Source: a virus
DNA length: 57,077 bases
Strand: one strand, 5' to 3'
IMG/VR virus record: IMGVR_UViG_3300045988_173429
The position numbers and the translations under genes were made by a program. The notes below the pieces were generated by a model. That model saw nothing but the letters and a program-made list of their open reading frames with translations. It was not told the DNA's origin and made no database searches. Below are positions 25,219 to 35,062 of this stretch, in pieces; within the stretch, counting starts at the first letter, position 1; each line of letters starts with the position of its first letter.

Positions 25219-28200
25219 AACAAAAATAACGACAATCGTTGGAAAAGAGGCTTTTAGACAGCTTGAAAAACTCGATGATTTAATAGGGAAGGCAAACGAT
25301 TCGTATTTGATTGCGGCAAGAAATATGGCTAAGGGGTTGTCTTTTGAGCCTAAAAACATGTCCGAGTTGATTGAAAAGAATAATCAGTACATGGCTTCCC
25401 TAAAAGAGATACAGAAAGCTGAAACTGAAATTAATCGATTACGTCAAGAGAAGAACAAGGTAATACAGGAAGGGGTTAACGAAGTAATGGCCCAGATCAA
25501 AGCCGATCAAGAGGCGGCACGTATAGCTAAGGAAAAAGCCAAATTGGAAAAAGAGCAGTCGAAAGTATCAAGAGAACTTGCTGCTACAGAAAAGATTAGA
25601 AAGAAAACTTCAGAAGATCTAAGTAGGGCTAAACTGGCTGAAGAACGAGCAACAATGGCAGCATCTAAGGCGGATAAATTACATGCTCAAAATGTGCAGT
25701 TGACTTCTGATCAGGTTGAAAACCTAATTTTAAAACTTGACACAGCAAATCTTTCTTACAAAGAGCAAGCTCGCATATTAAGTCAATTGAAGGCTTATTC
25801 CAGAACTCAAGTTGGTGGTATAGATGCAGTTAACCCCAAAGTGCTTGAGAATATCCAGAAATTGGATAAACTATTGAAAGAGCAAGATGCTAAAATGGGG
25901 GTATATGGCCGAAATGTAGGTAACTATGCTTCTCATTGGGATGGATTAGGAAATGCAATCAACCAGTTAAGTCGAGAAATGCCTGCATTTGCAGTATCTA
26001 TGCAGACAGGATTGCTTGCGATCAGCAATAACTTGCCTATTCTAGCTGATGAAATAGCCAGGATACGACGTGAGAATGTCGAATTAACAAAAAGCGGTCA
26101 AAAAGCAGTGCCGGTATGGAGGCAGGTCGCTGGGAGTTTGGTTTCATGGCAAACATTGTTGTCTGTAGGTGTTACGCTGCTGACTGTATATGGAGATAAA
26201 ATATTTGATTTTGCTGCTAATCTATTTAAAAGCAAGGATGCTTCAAAGGCTGCATCTGATGCATTGGAAGACCTTAATTCAACAAGTGGTAAGTTTTTCG
26301 ATGAGTTGAAAAATTCAGCATCCACCTATGGACAGAATGTTGTTTCCATTAAGAAGCTACAGGATGAATGGAATAGTCTGGGAGATAATCTTGATAAGAA
26401 GAAGCAATTTATCATTGACAATGAGTCTGAGTTTAAAAAATTGGATGTTTCTATTTCTAATGTGAATGAGGCAGAGAATTTTTTAGTTAATAATACTGAC
26501 GCATTTCTGAAGGCGCTTGAGCAAAGAGCGAAATATACAGCTGCATCAAAATTAGCAGCAGAGAAATATGCAGAAGCGTTAGAATTAGAAGCAGAAGCAG
26601 AGATAAGAAAAAATAATCCTACCTGGTTGGATAAGCTCAATACGACCAATCCTAATAAAACGATTATTGCAACAGCATCATCCATGTCTGCATTAAATGG
26701 ACAATTGGTTCTTTATAATGACTCAACAATAACAGCAAAGGATAATGCAGAAAAAGCGGCAGAAGGAATAAGAGGGCAAGCTAAGGCGGCAAAAACGGCG
26801 GCTTCCATCTATATAAATGCGATGTCAGAAGCGCTAAAAGAAGAAAATAAAACACTTGAAGATGCCGGTATTGACAAATACTCGGATAAAGAAAAGGCAA
26901 AACGTGAGGAAGAACGAGCAAAACGTGAAGCTGAACGAAGAATGAAACTCGAAATGGAAGCCGAACGGACAATCCAGGAAGCCCGTATAAAATTAATGGA
27001 TGAAGGCTATAAAAAAGAAGTTGCGACTCGTAATGCCCAATATCAAAAGAAAATAGATGATGTAAAGACAAAAGGAGTCCGTGTCAATGAGCAGATTGCC
27101 GCAATAGAGGCCATGAGAGACAAAGAATTGTCCGATTTTAGGGAAGAATACGAGGCCAAACGTGCAATGATTGATGCGCATAATCGAATTTCCTATGCTA
27201 AAAAGGGTAGTTTGCAAGAGCTTGATGCACGGCTGGACATTCTTGAACTCCAAAAAGAGGCGGAATTGAAAGAGGCAAAAAAGACAGAAGCAAGCAAATT
27301 GGCGATAGAGAATAAGTACTTAAAACTTATAGAAGATGCTTATATGGAATTTGGTAAAGTACAACTCTCCCGTCAGCAATCTCAAAACGAGTTAGAATTG
27401 TCAGATCAGCAGATTTTCTTGAACAAAGAATTATCTATGCTTGAACAGCAATATTCTAAAGGAATAATCAAGAAAGAAGCCTACGAAAAGAAGAAAGCAG
27501 ATTTGCAATATCAATATGCAGTTCAAGCCCTGCAACAGGAAATTGATCTGCTAGAGAAGAGTTTGTACCTGTTTTCTGGAGACGAACGCTTGGAAATGGA
27601 GAAAAAAATAGCCCAATTAAGGGTCCAGCTATCAAAAGAAACCACTGATAAAATAAATGCAGATGCAGAAAAAGAACTAAAAGAAAGGCAAAAGGTAGAG
27701 GAAGCAAAAAAGAAGTTGATTCAAGAAGCTGTAAATGCCATAGCAGAAATAGGATCTTCTATGTTTGACCGTAGAATACAAGAAATAGAAGCTGAGATTG
27801 ACGCTAATCAAGAGGCTTATGATAAGAAGGTTGAAGAAATTGATGCTTTGGCCGAAAAAGATGTTATTACAAAAGAGGAAGCAGAAGCCCGTAAGCGCGT
27901 AGCAGAGGAACAATCGTCTGCAAGAAACGCCGAACTTGAAAAGAAAAAGGCTGATTTGCAAACAAGACAGGCACGATTTCAGAAAACAATAGATATTGCT
28001 CAAACTATAGCATCCACTGCGCAAGCTATAATGACCGTATATAAACAACTTGGAATATTTGCAGGCCCTATGGCTGCGCTTGTTGCTGCAACGGGTGCTA
28101 TTCAGCTTGCTACCATTATAGCCCAGCCTATCCCCAAATATGCAAAGGGTACTGATTATCATCCCGGAGGTTTGGCTATTGTTGGTGATGCCGGTAAACA

Positions 28201-28525
28201 TGAAGCTGTTATATCTGGAGGTAAAGCGTACATTACTCCTGACACGCCGACATTGATGCCTATACCTAAAGGGGCAGAAGTTTTGCCAGACATTAACGAT
28301 CCTGAGTTTTATTCCCGTTTTATGGATAACAGTTATTGGTTGACTCATAACAAAGCCGGGGAACGGGTGCAGATAGTGAACCACTTTAATGCAGAAGGCA
28401 TTATTCAAGCAAGCAATAAGACGAACAACGACCTAAAAAAAGAGATTCGTTCTTTGGGCAGGATCATATCTAAAGGGCAACGTAGAACAGAATACAACTC
28501 GTATAAAAACTCAAAATTGAATTGA
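25208..28525 (+). CDS. tail tape measure protein
   Basis: 1105 aa, long coiled-coil/charged repeats, hydrophobic segment near the C-terminus, position. Confidence 0.85.
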   Translation: MANETKITTIVGKEAFRQLEKLDDLIGKANDSYLIAARNMAKGLSFEPKNMSELIEKNNQYMASLKEIQKAETEINRLRQEKNKVIQEGVNEVMAQIKADQEAARIAKEKAKLEKEQSKVSRELAATEKIRKKTSEDLSRAKLAEERATMAASKADKLHAQNVQLTSDQVENLILKLDTANLSYKEQARILSQLKAYSRTQVGGIDAVNPKVLENIQKLDKLLKEQDAKMGVYGRNVGNYASHWDGLGNAINQLSREMPAFAVSMQTGLLAISNNLPILADEIARIRRENVELTKSGQKAVPVWRQVAGSLVSWQTLLSVGVTLLTVYGDKIFDFAANLFKSKDASKAASDALEDLNSTSGKFFDELKNSASTYGQNVVSIKKLQDEWNSLGDNLDKKKQFIIDNESEFKKLDVSISNVNEAENFLVNNTDAFLKALEQRAKYTAASKLAAEKYAEALELEAEAEIRKNNPTWLDKLNTTNPNKTIIATASSMSALNGQLVLYNDSTITAKDNAEKAAEGIRGQAKAAKTAASIYINAMSEALKEENKTLEDAGIDKYSDKEKAKREEERAKREAERRMKLEMEAERTIQEARIKLMDEGYKKEVATRNAQYQKKIDDVKTKGVRVNEQIAAIEAMRDKELSDFREEYEAKRAMIDAHNRISYAKKGSLQELDARLDILELQKEAELKEAKKTEASKLAIENKYLKLIEDAYMEFGKVQLSRQQSQNELELSDQQIFLNKELSMLEQQYSKGIIKKEAYEKKKADLQYQYAVQALQQEIDLLEKSLYLFSGDERLEMEKKIAQLRVQLSKETTDKINADAEKELKERQKVEEAKKKLIQEAVNAIAEIGSSMFDRRIQEIEAEIDANQEAYDKKVEEIDALAEKDVITKEEAEARKRVAEEQSSARNAELEKKKADLQTRQARFQKTIDIAQTIASTAQAIMTVYKQLGIFAGPMAALVAATGAIQLATIIAQPIPKYAKGTDYHPGGLAIVGDAGKHEAVISGGKAYITPDTPTLMPIPKGAEVLPDINDPEFYSRFMDNSYWLTHNKAGERVQIVNHFNAEGIIQASNKTNNDLKKEIRSLGRIISKGQRRTEYNSYKNSKLN

Positions 28526-28526
28526 T

Positions 28527-30497
28527 ATGATACGTGTACAGTTATTAATAGGCGGAAAGAAATACGAAGCCACCAACGATTTAGTTAATTGGGAAGATGT
28601 TGAAATATCGATAAAGAGAAAAGACTTTGGGGGTGTATATAGGACGTTTGGCGATTCATTTGAGTTTGCCGGTGATTCTTATATGCTCTTGGAGAACGAG
28701 TTCTTGACAAACTATCTGAATGCTTCTGCTGTGATAGTCATTGGGGTATTGAATAATTCTTGGACATATAATGAGAAGATCCGGTGTAATCTTGATTTTT
28801 CTTCATACCAAAATAATGGCAACACTATATCCATAAAGGCTATAGATAACAGTGCGGAGGCTATAATCAATGCTAACAAGTCACAGGTGTATGATATCCC
28901 TGTTTCAAGTCTCAAATCGGATGAGCTGTATTATGATCGCATGGAGCTGAACAACAAAGCGGATTTTGTTGTGATACCGACCGAAGAACAGACTGATGAA
29001 GGTATTTATAAAATAAGTTTGCCTTCCAATTTTATCTTAGGAGAATATAATTTTCCGGTTGGATATACTACAACTAATTTTCCCGTTAAAAACAAAATTG
29101 ATGTTGGGGACGTTAATATAACAGCTCCAGACAATGCTAATTTTTATTCTGGGTATATGATTAAGGCGTTAACTCGCATAAGCATACAATATCGAATGAG
29201 TTTTGATGTATATGCTACAATAACAAATGGGAATGCAAGTAAATTGCGATTGGAAATTGCCAAATATGCAAGGGTGAAAGACGGAGATAAACCTACACCT
29301 GTAATAATAGATTCTATATCCATACCTTTTAAGAGTAAAATCAGCATAGATAAGGCATATGATGTTGACTTAAAGGAGGGGGATAGAATTATAATGTGGA
29401 TAGGTCAGGGTGATAGTTATGCCCTTTGGGAGGGAGATGTTATAATGACGGTTTCGAATGTAAAAGAAATTAGCGTATCTTATAAAGGTAGAAACAAACC
29501 TGTTAATTTTGATGTTTTCACCCCTAATAAATTACTCACCTCCATACTGTCCAATATGGGCCTTACCGATATGACCGGAGAAGTAAAGGAAGGTGATATT
29601 ACGATACCATATATGATAGCAGCGGAAAGCATCAGAGATATCAAGAATGCAAAAGTCCATACCTCTTTCAGTAAATTTTCAGAATGGGCAAAAGCATGTC
29701 TTGGATATTACTACAAGATAGAAGGCAAGAAGGTTATATTTTGTCATTTGACTGAATTATATGATCCAGAGACGGTGAAAGAACTTGAGCATGTGAACGG
29801 GCTTGATATCTCAATTGACAACTCCTTGATATGCTCCGGGGTAGATGTGGGCTATGAGAAGAAAGATTATGATGAAATAAACGGTCGTGACGAATTTCAT
29901 GTAAAGAACAGCTTTTCGACCGGTATTTCAATCAACGATAACATATACAAACTTATTAGCCCTTATCGTGCTGATTGTTATGGAATAGAGTTCTTGGCGC
30001 AAAAAAGAGATGAAGAAACAAAGGATGATAGTTCGGATAATGATTTGTTTTTTGTTGATGCTGTTTCTGTTTTGGATCCTTCTACATCTTCGATAAAGTT
30101 AAAATTAAACAGGCAAGGAGATCGGCCTTCCGGAGTATTATTTCCTTCTTCGGTATTTAATATTGCATATTCTCCAAGAAGGATGTTGCTTGCAAATAAG
30201 GATATATTATCATCTTGTACAAGCAGATTTGAGTTTACTGCTTCTGAAGGGAATGCTGATGCGGTTTTATGGAGGGAAAGTGAAAAGTCCCCCGTTGTAT
30301 TAGACAGTCGTTATTTTAGAGTTGAAACGCTTAAAGTTGAAACGATAGGGCTGTCGCCATTTCCTGTTTTATATGATGGTCTTATATCTTTTGATTATAA
30401 CAGCAGAAAATATACCGGTTATGTTTCCGATATAACAGAGTTTCTTGGTAAGAGACAGACAACGGAATATACTTTGATATGTAAAAATATCGATTAA
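28527..30497 (+). CDS. distal tail / baseplate protein
   Basis: 656 aa, directly after the tape measure gene. Confidence 0.5.
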   Translation: MIRVQLLIGGKKYEATNDLVNWEDVEISIKRKDFGGVYRTFGDSFEFAGDSYMLLENEFLTNYLNASAVIVIGVLNNSWTYNEKIRCNLDFSSYQNNGNTISIKAIDNSAEAIINANKSQVYDIPVSSLKSDELYYDRMELNNKADFVVIPTEEQTDEGIYKISLPSNFILGEYNFPVGYTTTNFPVKNKIDVGDVNITAPDNANFYSGYMIKALTRISIQYRMSFDVYATITNGNASKLRLEIAKYARVKDGDKPTPVIIDSISIPFKSKISIDKAYDVDLKEGDRIIMWIGQGDSYALWEGDVIMTVSNVKEISVSYKGRNKPVNFDVFTPNKLLTSILSNMGLTDMTGEVKEGDITIPYMIAAESIRDIKNAKVHTSFSKFSEWAKACLGYYYKIEGKKVIFCHLTELYDPETVKELEHVNGLDISIDNSLICSGVDVGYEKKDYDEINGRDEFHVKNSFSTGISINDNIYKLISPYRADCYGIEFLAQKRDEETKDDSSDNDLFFVDAVSVLDPSTSSIKLKLNRQGDRPSGVLFPSSVFNIAYSPRRMLLANKDILSSCTSRFEFTASEGNADAVLWRESEKSPVVLDSRYFRVETLKVETIGLSPFPVLYDGLISFDYNSRKYTGYVSDITEFLGKRQTTEYTLICKNID

Positions 30498-30522
30498 TGT
30501 TGTCTTTATTCTGAATAATTGC

Positions 30523-30592
30523 TACATTTGCAAGCATAGAGCCTAAGAGCCGTATACGTAGTTAACGCTGCGTATACGGCTCTTTTTGTTTG
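30523..30592 (+). promoter_or_regulatory. late cassette copy 3
   Basis: TACATTTG at 30523. AGAGCCTAAGAGCC at 30538..30551. Perfect 13-bp stem AGAGCCGTATACG/CGTATACGGCTCT. TTTTTGTTTG. Confidence 0.7.
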
Positions 30593-30601
30593 TATAAGCG
30601 T

Positions 30602-31501
30602 ATGATAAAAATAAGCAGTGTATCTCCTTTGATATTTGACGTTGAAAGTACAGGCTTTGAACATTCGATCGATTATGTTCAGAAGTTTGAAAGGGAAGAT
30701 ATACCTATCCTTATACAGATCGTAGATGTTCCAAACAAGACATTTACCATGTTACTTGTTGATTTATATAATGGGACTTCATATCAAATATCTCCACAAA
30801 AATACGAGATTAACGATTACAACACGTTGTACGAATTTACGATAAGTCCTTCAAATGATGGAACCTATCAAGTTCGAATAACAAATGAGGCTGAAGAGGC
30901 ATCAGTTAGTTTGCCCTTCTGTGTACATAGTTCATCGTATACTCCATTTACAATGCAAATAGAATATACAAATGCAAATAATCAACAAGCATTTGGGGCT
31001 GTATTTGATGTATCAGGGAATAAACGTGTATTTAAAACACGTGTAGAAGGAGGGTTTAAATCTGATAGCCGGCAATTAGCTGTTGAAAGCGAACAATTCA
31101 GAACTCAAAAGCAAGAACCTATTAATCTATATTCTGTCCCTTATGAAAAAAGGACACTTACGATTGGTGATAATGAAGGTGTCCCTTTTGAAATGGCCCG
31201 GCTTTTAAACAATATCTTCTGCTTGTCTTCTGTGAAAATTGATGGAGTGTCTTATGCCAGAAGTGAATCAAGCGTACCGGAACAACAGGTTATTGCCGAG
31301 AGATATCCACAGTTCAATTATACTTTAACGGTGGAATGCTCCGAAAATGTTTCTTACAATGGTTTTACCGAATATCCAGATGGATCTGGTATTGTTGGAG
31401 AAGTCAGTTTAAACGTTTCTAATGCTAAAGACGGTCAAGTTTTAGTCTTTGACGGAAACGAAGGAAGTTTTGTTAACCAATCACATCTTGATTCGCTATG
31501 A
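30602..31501 (+). CDS. tail/baseplate-associated hypothetical protein
   Basis: Start MIKISSV after the hairpin. 4-nt overlap with the next gene. Confidence 0.5.
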   Translation: MIKISSVSPLIFDVESTGFEHSIDYVQKFEREDIPILIQIVDVPNKTFTMLLVDLYNGTSYQISPQKYEINDYNTLYEFTISPSNDGTYQVRITNEAEEASVSLPFCVHSSSYTPFTMQIEYTNANNQQAFGAVFDVSGNKRVFKTRVEGGFKSDSRQLAVESEQFRTQKQEPINLYSVPYEKRTLTIGDNEGVPFEMARLLNNIFCLSSVKIDGVSYARSESSVPEQQVIAERYPQFNYTLTVECSENVSYNGFTEYPDGSGIVGEVSLNVSNAKDGQVLVFDGNEGSFVNQSHLDSL

Positions 31502-34395
31502 GTATAAAAAAGTTAACAAAACGAATATGGTACGGGTCAGATACTACGGTAGACAGTGAAGGGAAAACTGTTGCTGCTGCTCCCCCTATTGCCACCAATG
31601 ACGGTTCTGAGGATTGGGATTTGAATGGTCTTGTAAGAGGTGAATTATATCTCAATGATAATAAAGATGATCCTGCTTTGTTTTGTTTGGGTAGTGATAA
31701 TTTACCCAAGCGAATAGGAGGTGGTACGGCTTCAGGAGGTGGAGGAATTGTAAATGTAGATGTAGACGTAAAAGAAGGAAGAGGTATTGATGTAAAAAAA
31801 GATTTGATTGGCGAAACTGTTATTTTCACGGTTTCGCATGAAAATACATCTTCAGCAGTTTCAACATCTAATTTTGACGATTTATTTGTCCAAAATATCG
31901 GTGTTGATGATTTTGGACATGTAACATCTGTAGAAAGTGCAAGGCTGGCGACTTATCTTGATGAGCGATATCTTCGCAAAGATATCGACGATACCGCCCA
32001 CGGGAATATACTTTTTGACAAGAAGATCGGCTCTTCCATTTTCATAGATGGCTGGGAAGGTAAAGGCTGGGAGATCCAGAGTACGGGCGCCGCCATATTG
32101 GATTCGCTTCGTGTGCGGAGTGATATCTATGTGGGGGGCAATACCGGATCGCCAACTTTTGCATCCGGTTTTACCGGTTGGGGATGGCAGATAGACACAC
32201 CGACGGCCACCGGGGAGATGGACAACCTCTTTATTCGAAAGACATTCACTGCTTACGAGATTGTTTATTCCCAGATTTACGGTTTAGGAGGTAGCCAGAT
32301 TGTTTCTGACATCAACAAAATAGCCAGAGTAGAAGTGATGTCTGACCGTTATCGCTGTTATATGGACGATATGGATGGTCTTATGCTTATGAACCTGCGT
32401 AAGGGTGACGGTGTCAGAATACAGACACGGACGGGAACGACCAGTATCAAGTATCTTTTCGGACGTTGTATCGGTGTAGACAGTGACTATTTTGATATAG
32501 CTATTCCTCTGATAGAAGGGACAGGGCAACCGGAAGCCGGAGATTTTGCCCTTCGTTGGGGTAACAATGAAGATACGGACCGGCAGGGATTAATATATCT
32601 AACAACGGCCGATAGCGGTGCGCCATTTATCGATGTGTACGATGGTATTACTGATGCCAGCACCGAAGGCAAGTTGAAAGCCCGTATTGGACACCTGACA
32701 GGAATCAGGACACAGAGAGGCGATCAGTTGTCTGGTTATGGGGCTTATTTGAACGGGATATACGTTGAAAACTCGACATTCATTCTTCAAAACGGAGATA
32801 CCATTGAGCAGACTTTTATTGCCATGAACGGCAAGTTTGAAAGCCTTATTGATAGTATCCGTAACGACATATCCGCAGAAGGTGGTAACATCCTTGTAAA
32901 CTCTTCTTTCAGCCAGAATACAAACTATTGGACAGCCGCAAATAACGTTCATTTTATCAATGTAGGTGGAGAATATCTTTGGCTGGATGGTAGCTTCTAT
33001 GTAGAAAAGGATCAAGTTGCCGATATTTATAATGACAACGGTCAAAACGTTCTGCGAATAAGGAACACGTATATCCTTCAGCAGAATGCTATAATGAATA
33101 TCCCGGATCACACGGAAGAAGAGGAAAAGACGTATTCTTTCTCTTTGTTCTATAAGGTGCTCCGTCCCGGTTCTTGCGGTTTCGGTATTCCAGGAACTGA
33201 GTTGTATCATGAAGAGCAGCTATCGGAAAGCGACAGCTATCAAAAGCTGTCTAAGGTCGGGAAATGGAACGGGAAAGGTGATTTTGAACTGAGGTTCACT
33301 GGTGAGATACTTATTTATGGTGTAGGGCTGTTTTCTGATGAGATTGCGGATGCTATTGTACATCTACAAACTCAAATCACACAAAACGAAGAAGAAATTA
33401 AGTTACGTGCAACTAAAGATTATGTTGATGCCGAGACCGGTAAAATTTATACTAAATATGATACCTCTTTATCTTTAAAGGCAGATAAAGCAGAACTTAC
33501 TTCGTTTAAGGAAGAATATGACGAATTCCAGCAAGTTGTACGAAGGGATTACGCTACTCAGTCCTGGACAAGTAGTAAAATACAAACCGAGGTGGGATCT
33601 TATGTTGATGGAGCTTTAGTTGGATATGCTACAACAAGTTGGACAAGTAGCCAGATATCATCTTCTGTAAAAGGACTTGCAAGTGAGAGTTTTGTTAATC
33701 AAACGGCTGAGGGTTTAAATATCAATATAAATAATTTAGGGAATAGAGTTGATAGTGTTGAAGGTGAATTAGATTCCGTGACAGATATAACCGGTGCATT
33801 TTATTCTTTTGGATCAAACAAAATGAGGTTAAATAGGCGTATAGAAATGGGATCTGGTTCTAATTCATCTTTTGTCTGTTTAGCGGGTATGTCTCCTGAT
33901 ATTACAGGTCCTGCATTTTGGGCGGGGAGCTCATGGGAAGATAGAGCAAATTCTGCTATACGTTTGGGGCATGATGGTGCGGGATGGTTAGCTAAGAAGA
34001 ATATTTTTTGGGATATAAATGGGAATACCCAAATAACAGGTTCTTTGCAAACAAGTTCAGACGGGAAGAGAGTGACAATAAATCCTTCTAATTCTGATAG
34101 ACTTATATCTTTTTACAATAATACGACTCTTGTTGGGAATTTAGGTATTGATACAGAAAATAATTATGCCTATCTAAAACTTGGTCCTAATTCAGCGTAT
34201 AATATAAGATTGTCAACAGCCGGTCTTTTTTGGAATTCTCCCACAAACGACTTGGTATTTAATCTATATCAATATGGTGGGGTTGTACATATGAATGCGG
34301 CTTGGCCCACAGATCCGAATTCTTTAGAAATAAAATTCAGGAGAGGGGAAATTTATGTGGATTCAAATAATTATCTAAGAATTAGTCCTTTATAG
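31498..34395 (+). CDS. large tail fibre / host-specificity protein
   Basis: 965 aa. Repeated SWTSS(K/Q)I motifs and a coiled-coil segment. Position. Confidence 0.6.
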   Translation: MSIKKLTKRIWYGSDTTVDSEGKTVAAAPPIATNDGSEDWDLNGLVRGELYLNDNKDDPALFCLGSDNLPKRIGGGTASGGGGIVNVDVDVKEGRGIDVKKDLIGETVIFTVSHENTSSAVSTSNFDDLFVQNIGVDDFGHVTSVESARLATYLDERYLRKDIDDTAHGNILFDKKIGSSIFIDGWEGKGWEIQSTGAAILDSLRVRSDIYVGGNTGSPTFASGFTGWGWQIDTPTATGEMDNLFIRKTFTAYEIVYSQIYGLGGSQIVSDINKIARVEVMSDRYRCYMDDMDGLMLMNLRKGDGVRIQTRTGTTSIKYLFGRCIGVDSDYFDIAIPLIEGTGQPEAGDFALRWGNNEDTDRQGLIYLTTADSGAPFIDVYDGITDASTEGKLKARIGHLTGIRTQRGDQLSGYGAYLNGIYVENSTFILQNGDTIEQTFIAMNGKFESLIDSIRNDISAEGGNILVNSSFSQNTNYWTAANNVHFINVGGEYLWLDGSFYVEKDQVADIYNDNGQNVLRIRNTYILQQNAIMNIPDHTEEEEKTYSFSLFYKVLRPGSCGFGIPGTELYHEEQLSESDSYQKLSKVGKWNGKGDFELRFTGEILIYGVGLFSDEIADAIVHLQTQITQNEEEIKLRATKDYVDAETGKIYTKYDTSLSLKADKAELTSFKEEYDEFQQVVRRDYATQSWTSSKIQTEVGSYVDGALVGYATTSWTSSQISSSVKGLASESFVNQTAEGLNININNLGNRVDSVEGELDSVTDITGAFYSFGSNKMRLNRRIEMGSGSNSSFVCLAGMSPDITGPAFWAGSSWEDRANSAIRLGHDGAGWLAKKNIFWDINGNTQITGSLQTSSDGKRVTINPSNSDRLISFYNNTTLVGNLGIDTENNYAYLKLGPNSAYNIRLSTAGLFWNSPTNDLVFNLYQYGGVVHMNAAWPTDPNSLEIKFRRGEIYVDSNNYLRISPL

Positions 34396-34418
34396 TAAAA
34401 TAATTAAAAAAAAGAATT

Positions 34419-34769
34419 ATGAAAGTAAATTTTCACATTAATTTAAAAGAGTTTGACGGAACAGATGCAGTAGAAGAAAAAAAAGTAATGCAGGACGGAC
34501 GAGTTGTTACGGTAAAAAGCCCTGTAATTATAAATGATCTTGTAGGAAAGGCATTGTATAACGGAGGTGGGCTTGAACGTGCAGGGAAAGCAGATACCGA
34601 TAACGACTATAGATTCAAGGCCTATAAACTTTGTCAAAAAATAATTGCTTCTACGGGTGAAATTGATTTATCTCCAGAAGAACTGGTTATGGTCAAACAG
34701 GCTGCTACAATTTATAGTGCCGCCGGAGTATATGCACAGATTGTTGAACTTGTAGATCCTGAAAAGTAA
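34419..34769 (+). CDS. hypothetical protein
   Basis: 116-aa ORF. Confidence 0.55.
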   Translation: MKVNFHINLKEFDGTDAVEEKKVMQDGRVVTVKSPVIINDLVGKALYNGGGLERAGKADTDNDYRFKAYKLCQKIIASTGEIDLSPEELVMVKQAATIYSAAGVYAQIVELVDPEK

Positions 34770-34770
34770 T

Positions 34771-35049
34771 ATGGCGACAAAGTTATCTTCTATACAGAGA
34801 TCCGTGTATAAAAATACAATAGGAGATGTTGATATTCAATATAACATTTCGCAAGAGACGGGAAAAGATGCAACAAATATTACCGGAGTTTTAAAAAAAG
34901 GTGAAGTTCGTCTTGGAGAAATAAACATAGCCGTAGATGGTACAATGAACATTTATACCCATTCCGGCTTGAATAACGACGAGAAGAAAAACATCGTATC
35001 TACGGTTATTGACGATGTACAACAAATTTATAACGAGTTGAATCAATAA
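34771..35049 (+). CDS. hypothetical protein
   Basis: 92-aa ORF. Confidence 0.55.
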   Translation: MATKLSSIQRSVYKNTIGDVDIQYNISQETGKDATNITGVLKKGEVRLGEINIAVDGTMNIYTHSGLNNDEKKNIVSTVIDDVQQIYNELNQ

Positions 35050-35062
35050 TAGATTAACACCT

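Noticed and set aside
27677-28408. 243-aa minus-strand ORF inside the tape measure gene (also 26326..26685 and 26781..27071)
   Set aside because: It is antisense to a long, compositionally biased coiled-coil gene. The product is low-complexity (Cys/Phe/Leu-rich) and has no operon context.
32599-33210. 203-aa minus-strand ORF inside the 965-aa tail fibre gene
   Set aside because: It is fully embedded antisense in a gene with strong positional support, and I recognised no motifs.
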